Below are positions 8,715 to 16,812 of a stretch of 61,835 bases of DNA, in pieces (position 1 is the first letter of the stretch; each line of letters starts with the position of its first letter). Both the position numbers and the translations under genes were made by a program. This stretch comes from Verrucomicrobiota bacterium. GTDB taxonomy: Bacteria > Verrucomicrobiota > Verrucomicrobiia > Verrucomicrobiales > DEV007. Below the pieces are notes generated by a model that saw only the letters and a program-made list of their open reading frames with translations, ran no database searches and was not told the origin of the DNA. The stretch lies in the NCBI GenBank assembly GCA_045046875.1, contig JASFYY010000009.1, positions 1 through 61,835 of the forward strand. Reading direction: 5' to 3'.

Positions 8715-10169
8715 TTAAGTGAACAGCCCCTTCATCGGTTCACCATGGTAGAGGAAGTTGGGGCGATCAATACGGTCATACCATTTCATGCTGCGAGGGA
8801 TGCCGAGCGCGTTGTAGATGGTGGCGGCCAGATCTTCCGGGCTTTGTGGATCGCTGGCAGGGTAGGCTCCGTGTTTGTCTGAGCTGCCAATAATCCGTCC
8901 ACCTTCTACGCCGCCGCCGGCGAAAAAGACTGATTGCAGGGCGCCCCAGTGGTCACGGCCCGGCAGCGGCACTTTGGGGATTTTAGTGATTTTGGGAGCA
9001 CGGCCAAATTCTCCCGCCATGACAACCAGGGTGTCGTCGAGCAGGCCGCGGTTTTGCAAGTCGTCGAGCAATCCGGAGACGGCACGGTCCATCGGTGGCA
9101 GAAGGTAGTTTTTGAGGTTGGGAAAGGCGGCCTGATGAGTGTCCCAGCATTCGTTGTTGCCGAGGTTGACTTGTACCAGGCGCACCCCGGATTCGACCAG
9201 TTGCCGGGCCATTAGCAGGGACCAGCCAAAGGAGTTCTTTCCGTAGCTGCTTTGCAGTTTCTCGTCAGCACTGTGGACGTCGAAAGCCTTTTTGGTGTTT
9301 TGGTCAAAGATCAGGTCGGCGGCCATTTTCTGATAGCGGTCATGCTCGCGGGTTTCGATCAGCTGTTCGAGTTGTTTCTGTTGGGCGTCAAGGTGGCTTA
9401 ACAGGTCGAGTCGGTTGCGCATACGCCGGAAGTCGATGCCTTCAGGAAGGAAAAAGCTAGGCACGTCAAAGACGAAGTTACTGCCATCTTCCTTGCCACG
9501 TGCGTGGTGGAAAAGGTAATCGGGGTAAGCGCCGTAACTTTTGCGATTGTACTTCGATGCTTCAACGATGAAAGGGTCATCGCCTGCCAGTTGGCCGGCT
9601 GATTGTCCGGGAAGGGTGCGTCCGCTGCGATGGACGATCTTGTCGGGTAGGATGATGCTGGGAGGCAGATTGTTGCGGCTTTTGATCACCTTGTTGATGA
9701 CGGCCGCCATCGAGGGGTAATTGCTGTCCTTCGGTTGGGTGGGATCAAAACCAGCCGGGATGTCGCTGTGTCCGGTGAGCATGATGTGATGCCCTTGTGA
9801 ATGTTCGTTGTGTTCGTGGCTCAACGAGCGACAGATCGACCAGAGGTGGCTGCGTTGGGCGAGCATCGGCAGGTGTTCGCAGATACGCAGTCCGGGGGTG
9901 CGGGTGGAGATCTCATTAAACTCACCGCGGATTTCAGACGGCGCATTGGGTTTCATATCGAAGGACTCGTGCTGGGCGAGACCTCCGCTGAGGAAAATGT
10001 AGATGACCGATTTTGCCCGGGTTTTTGGAACGGGTACGACGGAAGGCACTTCTGCGGCCAGAGCCGATAGTTGGCTCAGATGATTTGCTCCCAGGCCGAG
10101 CAAGCTGATACCTCCGGCGCGTATGGCGGCGCGACGTGATGGATGCAGCAGTGAGGGAGGATGGTTCAA
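8715..10169 (-). CDS. DUF1501 domain protein (Tat-type leader)
   Basis: SRRAAI leader, FLSGGLAQHESFDMKP, WDTH, GEFGRAP, GRDHW. Confidence 0.92.
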   Translation of the reverse strand: MNHPPSLLHPSRRAAIRAGGISLLGLGANHLSQLSALAAEVPSVVPVPKTRAKSVIYIFLSGGLAQHESFDMKPNAPSEIRGEFNEISTRTPGLRICEHLPMLAQRSHLWSICRSLSHEHNEHSQGHHIMLTGHSDIPAGFDPTQPKDSNYPSMAAVINKVIKSRNNLPPSIILPDKIVHRSGRTLPGQSAGQLAGDDPFIVEASKYNRKSYGAYPDYLFHHARGKEDGSNFVFDVPSFFLPEGIDFRRMRNRLDLLSHLDAQQKQLEQLIETREHDRYQKMAADLIFDQNTKKAFDVHSADEKLQSSYGKNSFGWSLLMARQLVESGVRLVQVNLGNNECWDTHQAAFPNLKNYLLPPMDRAVSGLLDDLQNRGLLDDTLVVMAGEFGRAPKITKIPKVPLPGRDHWGALQSVFFAGGGVEGGRIIGSSDKHGAYPASDPQSPEDLAATIYNALGIPRSMKWYDRIDRPNFLYHGEPMKGLFT

Positions 10170-10367
10170 TGGGCGGGGAGTTTAGAGTGTGGAACAAAAC
10201 ATGGTGTTGGAAACGAGAGCTTAAGCAATGGACTCTTTTTTTCTGGTTTTGTTCATGATTTGACGGGAGCACGGCATTTTAGTCAAGCTTTGAGGGTTCA
10301 AGTCGTTTATTATAATAACAAAACAAATGCCTTGATTCGATTTTGATCTGCGTTTTATTTTGAGATT

Positions 10368-11153
10368 ATGAAAAAAACAGGTCATTCATTTTATGTCTTT
10401 TCATCTTTAAAAGTTGCGTTGTTGGTAGTCATTGCTTCGAGTTTTTATCTGGTGGCCGCTGAGGATGCGGACTTTCCGGGGCAGCGAAGCGGAAAGGATT
10501 TGCAGGCGGCGGGTTTTGAGTCGCTTTTTGCTGGCAAGAATTTTGCTGAGTGGGATTTCAAGCCATGGCATCAAGAGCACTTTGTGGTGAAGGATGGGCT
10601 GATTGATTACGACGGTCTGTCGGAGGCAAAAAAGTGGTCGGAGAATAATTTGTGGACTAAAAAATCCTACGCAGACTTTACTTTTTATGCCGAATGGCGC
10701 CTGCCGCGCAAGCCGGAGTTGAAGGCGCATCCGGTGGTGCTTTATAACGGAGATTTTCTGATGGAGCAGGATCACCCCAAAAAACGAGTGACCCGTGCTC
10801 ACCTCGATGCGGGGGACAGTGGTTTTTACTTTCGTGGAGATACCCGTTGTCAGGCTAATATTTGGAGTCAGGCTTTGGGTTCGGGCGAGATCAATGGCTA
10901 CCGTACGGATAAAAGCATGCCTGCGGTCACTCGACGAGGGTGCATTCCACTTAAAAATGCGGACCGTCCCTTGGGACAGTGGAATGCCTTTGAAGTGACC
11001 ATCAAAGGCAATCGTATGACAGTGGTTTTGAACGGTGAAAAGGTGATTAATGCGGTGCCTTTGCCCGATTTGCCTGCTAGGGGGCCGATTGCTTTGCAAC
11101 ATCACCATGATCCCGTGCAGTTCCGGAATTTGTGGGTGAAAGAGTTGCCGTGA
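10368..11153 (+). CDS. DUF1080 (3-keto-disaccharide hydrolase-like) protein
   Basis: GFESLF, LWTKKSYADF, DSGFYFRG, GQWN, GPIALQHH, VQFRNLWVKEL. Confidence 0.9.
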   Translation: MKKTGHSFYVFSSLKVALLVVIASSFYLVAAEDADFPGQRSGKDLQAAGFESLFAGKNFAEWDFKPWHQEHFVVKDGLIDYDGLSEAKKWSENNLWTKKSYADFTFYAEWRLPRKPELKAHPVVLYNGDFLMEQDHPKKRVTRAHLDAGDSGFYFRGDTRCQANIWSQALGSGEINGYRTDKSMPAVTRRGCIPLKNADRPLGQWNAFEVTIKGNRMTVVLNGEKVINAVPLPDLPARGPIALQHHHDPVQFRNLWVKELP

Positions 11154-11295
11154 TTGCTTTTTTTCCTGGGGCGTTTCACCTGCAATAGCAGGTTACGGGA
11201 AACTTTGTTGAGCAAATCTTGTTGTTTTGGCAGGAATGATTGGCGTTTTGTCTGTCGAAACGATAAAGAAGGGCGGACGGGCAGTGTGACACGGC

Positions 11296-11850
11296 ATGAA
11301 CAACGGTGAATCAAGGCAAGAATCGGAAGAGTCGGGCACTAAAGGCCCGGCTATCGGACGTGCGGTGAAAAAGGGGGTGCGTCATGCTCTTTTCCCGATG
11401 CTGGTGTTGGTGGTGTTTTCTTTGATTGTGGATGAGACCTATCCTTTTTCGGATTTTCCGATGTATTCCCGGCTGCCTCCCAACACCGAGTATTATTTTT
11501 TTGAAGACGGTAATGGGGATCCCTTGCCGGTTAAGGCTTGTTTTGGGGTGAGTGCTTCGGCGATGAAGAAGATGTATGAAAAAAGGCTGAGGAAGGTATC
11601 TGAAAAGCGCAGCCTTGAAGCGGGCTATGGAATCGGAGGGAGTGAATTGACCGCGGAAGACAAAGCGGCTGTGGGGGATGAGTTATTGGATTATTTGTTG
11701 CCGATGGGAGAAACGAAATCCTGGTGGCAAAAAAACCGCCCGGAGGCGATCAGGCTAATACGGGTGGATATCCGGCGGACAGATGCCCAGGGCTTGATCG
11801 AAACTCCTGCTGTGGTGGTTGAGCGTAGATTGGAGCAAGGCAAATCATGA
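11296..11850 (+). CDS. Hypothetical single-TM protein, partner of HTTM-like gene
   Basis: TM helix followed by YPFSDFPMYS; ATGA overlap with the next gene. Confidence 0.7.
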   Translation: MNNGESRQESEESGTKGPAIGRAVKKGVRHALFPMLVLVVFSLIVDETYPFSDFPMYSRLPPNTEYYFFEDGNGDPLPVKACFGVSASAMKKMYEKRLRKVSEKRSLEAGYGIGGSELTAEDKAAVGDELLDYLLPMGETKSWWQKNRPEAIRLIRVDIRRTDAQGLIETPAVVVERRLEQGKS

Positions 11851-12761
11851 TTGAACCAGAGGGCTCGAAATACTGGCAGATACCTAAACGGGGAAAATGG
11901 GAATGGTTTTTTATGAGGCTGTTTTTTGCTGTGGTGGTGTGGTGGTCGCTTCCCACAGCGCGGTCGATGCTGGATATGGTGAGTCAGCCTTACCCTACAG
12001 GTATCGCAAATTTGGTGGACCTGACTTTTTTCTCAAATCCTGAGATTTACCAGGTCGTCTATTGGGTTTTTTGTGCGGCTTTGCTGGTTTATGTGTCAGG
12101 TTTTTTGTTGCCGATGGTATTGCCTGTTATTGCTTCGGTGCACATCGGAATGATAACTATTTATAATTCCCAAGGGGCGACGCACCACTCTTATCAATTG
12201 GTTTCACTTATTTTGTTGGCCCAGTGGATGGTTTACTGGGTGCCGTGGGGGAGGAGGGTTTTTGGGCGTCAAGCGCTGTCATTGCCGGAGGGGCGGCACT
12301 GGCGGGATTATGCGGTTTGGTATAGTCTGCAAGTGATCGCTGCCGCTTATGTGATTGCCGGGGTGATTAAGCTGATGCGTTCCAAAGGGATGTGGATTGT
12401 GGACTCACCTAATCTGGCGGTGCAGTTGTTGAAGACCAATGCACAGAATTATTACGGACGGTTGGAGACGGATGCGGTGTTTGAGCAGCGTGCGGCGTTG
12501 GCGCAATTCATGATTGATAATCCGAATATCACCCGGTTGTTTCTGGGGGCCGGGCTGTTGATTGAAATTTTCGCCTTTGTTTTGTTGATCAACCGGCGTT
12601 GGGCACTGGTTGCGGGGGTTTTCATCCTGTCTCTGCACTGGGGCATTGATATGACAATGGGTTTGAATTTTAAATACCAGATGACGGTGGTGGCGATCTT
12701 TTTGCTTAATGTGCCGTATTGGGTGGGGCGGTTGGGGAAGAGGGGGGGGATTGGTTCTTAG
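11847..12761 (+). CDS. HTTM-like multi-pass membrane protein
   Basis: ~7 hydrophobic helices; AAYVIAGVIKL..KGMW, IEIFA and LHWGI..TMG motifs resemble HTTM/DoxX-like domains. Confidence 0.65.
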   Translation: MIEPEGSKYWQIPKRGKWEWFFMRLFFAVVVWWSLPTARSMLDMVSQPYPTGIANLVDLTFFSNPEIYQVVYWVFCAALLVYVSGFLLPMVLPVIASVHIGMITIYNSQGATHHSYQLVSLILLAQWMVYWVPWGRRVFGRQALSLPEGRHWRDYAVWYSLQVIAAAYVIAGVIKLMRSKGMWIVDSPNLAVQLLKTNAQNYYGRLETDAVFEQRAALAQFMIDNPNITRLFLGAGLLIEIFAFVLLINRRWALVAGVFILSLHWGIDMTMGLNFKYQMTVVAIFLLNVPYWVGRLGKRGGIGS

Positions 12762-12796
12762 TTCTTGGTTCCCCCAACAAAGAACGAAGCACCAAG

Positions 12797-14053
12797 TTAA
12801 ACACTTCCTATTGCTTGCCCGGCAAGGTGACCGGTCGTCCAGGCGTTTTGGAAATTGAAGCCGCCGGTGATGCCGTCGATGTCGAGGATTTCGCCAGCGA
12901 AGTAAAGGCCGGGGCAAAGGCGGCTTTCCATGCTGCGCAGGTTGACTTCTTTTAAGGGAATGCCGCCGCAGGTGACAAATTCGTCTTTGTTCATGCTTTT
13001 GCCCTGCACTTCGAAATGGCTGTCGGTTAATTGTTCGATCAGCTGGCGTTCGCTGTTTTTCGGCAATTGTGACCAAGTGCAGTCTGTTGGAATGCTGATG
13101 GATTGGCAGAGTTTTTGCCATAGGCGCTTGGGGAATTGGGGCAGTGCAGACGCTCCGGCGACGCGACGTTTTCCCATCTCGGTGCGGGCCTGGTGAAACA
13201 GGGGGGCAGGGTTTTCTGCGGTGCCCAGCCAATTGACCCGCAGGGTGAATTGGTAATTGATTTCAGCCAATTTGCGGGCTCCCCAGGCGGATAGGCGCAG
13301 TGCGGCGGGGCCACTCAGCCCCCAGTGGGTGATTAATAAAGGGCCGCTGCTGTTTAGTTTGGGCAGTCCTTTGATGCTGAGTTTGGCCTCGGGCACGGTC
13401 AGTCCCTGCAGATCAGCGATACGTTGATCGGTGATTTTGAAAGTGAAAAGAGAGGGCACGGCCGCTTCGCTGTTGTGACCCAATGATCGCGCGAGTTTCT
13501 CGCCAATAGTATTGCGGGTGCCGCCGGTGGCGAGCAGAACGGATTGTGTGGTGAGGGTGTCACCTCGATCGGTGTTCACTTTGAAACGTGCGGTTTTTTC
13601 CCCGGTGGCGGCGTCGGCGATGGTTTGAATGGTTTCCACACCTTGTCGCAATTGTATTTCCACGCTGGAGGTACGGGCAGCGGTGATGAGGCAGTCAATG
13701 ATGGTTTGGGAGTCATTGGACTCGGGGAACATACGTCCATCGGCTTCGGTTTTTAATTTCACCGAGCGGGATTCAAACCAGTCGACGGTGTCCTGTGCTC
13801 CCCAGCGATGCAGCGGGCCGAGCAGGGCGCGTTCGCCTCGTGGGTAGGCGCGGGCTAATTCTTTGTTGTCAAAGCAGGCGTGGGTGACGTTGCAACGTCC
13901 GCCACCGGAGATTTTGACTTTATTGAGAAAGTGGGAGCTTTTTTCAAGGATGAGGATGGAGGCATCCGCACCGAGGGTTTCGGCCGCGGTGATGGCGGCG
14001 AAAAAACCCGCCGCGCCGCCGCCGATAACGATCAAATCCCAGTTTTTGTGCAT
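12797..14053 (-). CDS. HI0933/BaiN family flavoprotein
   Basis: IGGGAAGFFAA, KVKISGGGRCNVT, GPLLITHWGLSGPA, EFVTCGG, GGFNFQNAWTTG; start trimmed to MHKNW. Confidence 0.93.
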   Translation of the reverse strand: MHKNWDLIVIGGGAAGFFAAITAAETLGADASILILEKSSHFLNKVKISGGGRCNVTHACFDNKELARAYPRGERALLGPLHRWGAQDTVDWFESRSVKLKTEADGRMFPESNDSQTIIDCLITAARTSSVEIQLRQGVETIQTIADAATGEKTARFKVNTDRGDTLTTQSVLLATGGTRNTIGEKLARSLGHNSEAAVPSLFTFKITDQRIADLQGLTVPEAKLSIKGLPKLNSSGPLLITHWGLSGPAALRLSAWGARKLAEINYQFTLRVNWLGTAENPAPLFHQARTEMGKRRVAGASALPQFPKRLWQKLCQSISIPTDCTWSQLPKNSERQLIEQLTDSHFEVQGKSMNKDEFVTCGGIPLKEVNLRSMESRLCPGLYFAGEILDIDGITGGFNFQNAWTTGHLAGQAIGSV

Positions 14054-14150
14054 GTTTGTTCGATAGTCGGGGATGTGCGGGGACTCAAGGTATAAGGCGA
14101 GAACACTGAATATTGAGTAAGGAATTTTGAATGTAAAAGTGGGGCTTTTG

Positions 14151-14177
14151 TGTAACAAAATTTCCCGTTGGGGTTAT
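14151..14177 (+). promoter_or_regulatory. Putative ECF sigma promoter (autoregulatory)
   Basis: TGTAACA-N15-GTTAT directly upstream of the ECF sigma gene; same motif and spacing at 16641. Confidence 0.65.
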
Positions 14178-14183
14178 AGTTAA

Positions 14184-14864
14184 GTGGAGGTTGGTGTTGT
14201 TGTAGAAGAGGCGACAGCCTGTTTTGGGCGTGATAAGGCGCTGAATATGGACATGCATTCACAGGATAGAAGCGATGAACAGATCGCGGAAGACGAGCTG
14301 ATTCGCGAGGTGCAGGCTGGTAATCTGGCGGCTTTTGAGCAGCTGATTCAATCCCATTCCTCGCGCTTACGTGCGTTTGTGTCGATGCGTCTGCCGGTTT
14401 CACACTTGATTGATGAAATCGCCCATGAGGCTTTTGTTTTTGCCTACCGCCATTTGGAAGAATTCACCCCGGGCAGTAATTTTGGCGCGTGGCTGCGGGC
14501 GATTGCGAATAATTTGGTGCGTGCGGAGGTGCTGCGTTATAGCCGCTCGGTGAAAAATCAGGACAATTACCTGGAACATTGCCTGGTGGAATCCGCGCAG
14601 GGGCAGGGGCTGAAGCCGGAATCGGCATTAGTGGTGTATTTGGAGGAATGTCTGGGTGGTTTGCCGGACGGTCAGCGGGAGTTGTTGCAACGGCGCTACG
14701 AGTTAACGGAATCCACCCGTGACATGGCCGCTGCGATGGGGCAGAGTGAGGCTTGGGTTCGCACCACCTTATGTCGGGTGAGGCGGGCTTTGAGGGTTTG
14801 TGTGGAAGATAGGCAGGATTTGGATTCGGCGGGGTCACAGGGAATGAAGCCGGTGGGGAATTGA
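14184..14864 (+). CDS. ECF sigma-70 factor (start possibly ATG 14247)
   Basis: Region 2 (AFEQLI..., NFGAWLRAIA) and region 4 (CL..LP..QRELL..RY... RVRRALR.C). Confidence 0.92.
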   Translation: MEVGVVVEEATACFGRDKALNMDMHSQDRSDEQIAEDELIREVQAGNLAAFEQLIQSHSSRLRAFVSMRLPVSHLIDEIAHEAFVFAYRHLEEFTPGSNFGAWLRAIANNLVRAEVLRYSRSVKNQDNYLEHCLVESAQGQGLKPESALVVYLEECLGGLPDGQRELLQRRYELTESTRDMAAAMGQSEAWVRTTLCRVRRALRVCVEDRQDLDSAGSQGMKPVGN

Positions 14865-16624
14865 TCATGGAAACGGATAAAACAGAACAAGTGGACGCTT
14901 ACCTCGCAGGAGAACTGCAGCAGGATGCTGCGCGTCTGGTTGAGGCTGGGATTCGTGGGGATCAAGTGGCGGAGCAGGAATTTGTGGTTCAGGCGCAGAT
15001 GGATGCTGCGTTGAAGGCTTTGCTGTCCGAGGATGCGTTGCATCAGAATTTTGTCCAGGGGGTGATGGCCAGCGTGCAAGCCGAGCCGGAACGGGCGCTG
15101 ACCAAATCAGTGCTGACGGAGATCCTTGATGAGCGTGATGCGGCGGCAGGGCGGCATCAACCCAAGCCTTTTGACTGGTGGGTGTGGACCAAAACGGCGG
15201 CGATCGCTGCGGTGGCGGCAGCGGCAACGGTGTGGACCTTGCAGTCGGTGCGCATGGATTCTGGTCGGGAGGGGCAGGCGGCTCCGCAGCCGAAGTTTCT
15301 CGCTCGGTTGAGCGCGGATGAAAATGCGCAGTGGGCGGAAAACAGTTTGAAAGCCCGCGAGGACGGGTGGTTGGGTTCGGGGCGCTTGGACTTACGCAGT
15401 GGGCAGGCTGAAGTGACTTTTGGTTCGGGGGCTAGAGTGTTGTTGGAGGGGCCGGTGGTATTTGATGTGGAGCAGATGAATCGAGGTTTCCTGAAGAGAG
15501 GGCGCTTGACGGCTGAGGTGCCGGGGCCGGCTTCAGGATTTGTGATCAATACGCCTTTGATGAATGTGATTGATCTGGGCACTCGGTTTGGACTGAATGT
15601 GAAGCGTAACGGTGAATCCGATGTGCATGTGATGCAGGGGGTGGTGGAGGTGAGCCGAGCCCGCGGACGCTCGGTGCCACTAGTCCTGACAGAGGGTTTG
15701 GCGGTGTTGGCTGATCGACGCCCGCAAAGTCGCTTGAAACCGGTCATTTATGCCGGGCATGATTTTGTTTTGCCGGAGCAGGAAGCGAGTGTGTTGGCGA
15801 CGGGGCGCTTTTTGCATTACGGCTTTGATGAGTCGGGCGGGGCTGAGATTGACGACACCGGAGTGGGGATGTCGGGTGGTCCTTTTGATATATCTTTATT
15901 GGCGGATGTCGGGAGTGCATCGGATGCAGTGGATTCGATCAATTCCTCGCCTAAAAGAACAGCAGGGGCAGTAGGTCGAGGTTTGGTGTTTGAGGCGGGG
16001 GATCGTTTGCAAGCAAATGGGCCGTCGCTGCTGGCCGGCGGGACTCGCGCCTGGTCGGTGATGTTGTGGACGAAGGTGCTGCCCAAAGCGGATAAAAACG
16101 GAGGGCAGGAAATGCTTGTTTGGGGTTCCCCGCAGCAGCATTGGAGAATGCGTTGGAATGATGCGGTTGAAGCGGGCACCGAAGGAGCCTTGCGAGCTGA
16201 TTTCGGGGAAGGTTATGTGGTTGGAGCTACGGATTTGCGGGATGGGCGCTGGCACCATGTGGCGCTAGTGTTTATTGGTGAAGAGCAAAACGGTGAGGTC
16301 ACCGATGACCGCAGGCAAGAGGCTGGCGGCGATAAGATCGATGTGGCTACTCATGTCAGACTCTATGTGGACGGCAGTCTTGAGCCTTTGAGTGGTGGGC
16401 GCTCCCAGGTGGTGGAGCCTTTGCCTAGAGCAGATGAGAGTGGGCTGTCTTCGTTTTCTTTGGGGGGGGCGGGTGGCTTCGAGGGATGGCTGGATGAATT
16501 TTACCTGTTTGATGCGGCAGCCTCTTCCGCGAATGTATTGGAGTTGTATAAAATGGGAGCTTTGGAGACCGCGGGAGCCGGAATAGGACGCAGCTTAGAT
16601 GGTTTTGAGAATGGCGGCGAGTAA
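14861..16624 (+). CDS. Anti-sigma factor: TM + FecR + LamG-like domain
   Basis: TM helix; FecR motifs GARVLLEGP, DLGTRFG, VHVMQGVVEV; LamG motifs DGRWHHVA, LYVDG, G.LDEF; overlaps the sigma stop. Confidence 0.85.
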   Translation: MIMETDKTEQVDAYLAGELQQDAARLVEAGIRGDQVAEQEFVVQAQMDAALKALLSEDALHQNFVQGVMASVQAEPERALTKSVLTEILDERDAAAGRHQPKPFDWWVWTKTAAIAAVAAAATVWTLQSVRMDSGREGQAAPQPKFLARLSADENAQWAENSLKAREDGWLGSGRLDLRSGQAEVTFGSGARVLLEGPVVFDVEQMNRGFLKRGRLTAEVPGPASGFVINTPLMNVIDLGTRFGLNVKRNGESDVHVMQGVVEVSRARGRSVPLVLTEGLAVLADRRPQSRLKPVIYAGHDFVLPEQEASVLATGRFLHYGFDESGGAEIDDTGVGMSGGPFDISLLADVGSASDAVDSINSSPKRTAGAVGRGLVFEAGDRLQANGPSLLAGGTRAWSVMLWTKVLPKADKNGGQEMLVWGSPQQHWRMRWNDAVEAGTEGALRADFGEGYVVGATDLRDGRWHHVALVFIGEEQNGEVTDDRRQEAGGDKIDVATHVRLYVDGSLEPLSGGRSQVVEPLPRADESGLSSFSLGGAGGFEGWLDEFYLFDAAASSANVLELYKMGALETAGAGIGRSLDGFENGGE

Positions 16625-16640
16625 AAATTGAATAAAAAAC

Positions 16641-16667
16641 TGTAACAGAAGCACTTGATTGTGTTAT
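16641..16667 (+). promoter_or_regulatory. Putative ECF sigma promoter of the DUF1549/DUF1553-DUF1501 operon
   Basis: TGTAACA-N15-GTTAT, identical in both boxes and spacing to 14151-14177. Confidence 0.65.
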
Positions 16668-16812
16668 CTCCTCAACACGGAGTGATAGCATGTCGTGTCA
16701 CGAAATACCCCTCCCAAGAAATGACCCCCACTATTTCCCCTATTTGATACTGTCATTGCAGCTATTTGACGTGGGGATTTCCGCCTTGGAAAACAATTAA
16801 AGAAAGAGAAGA

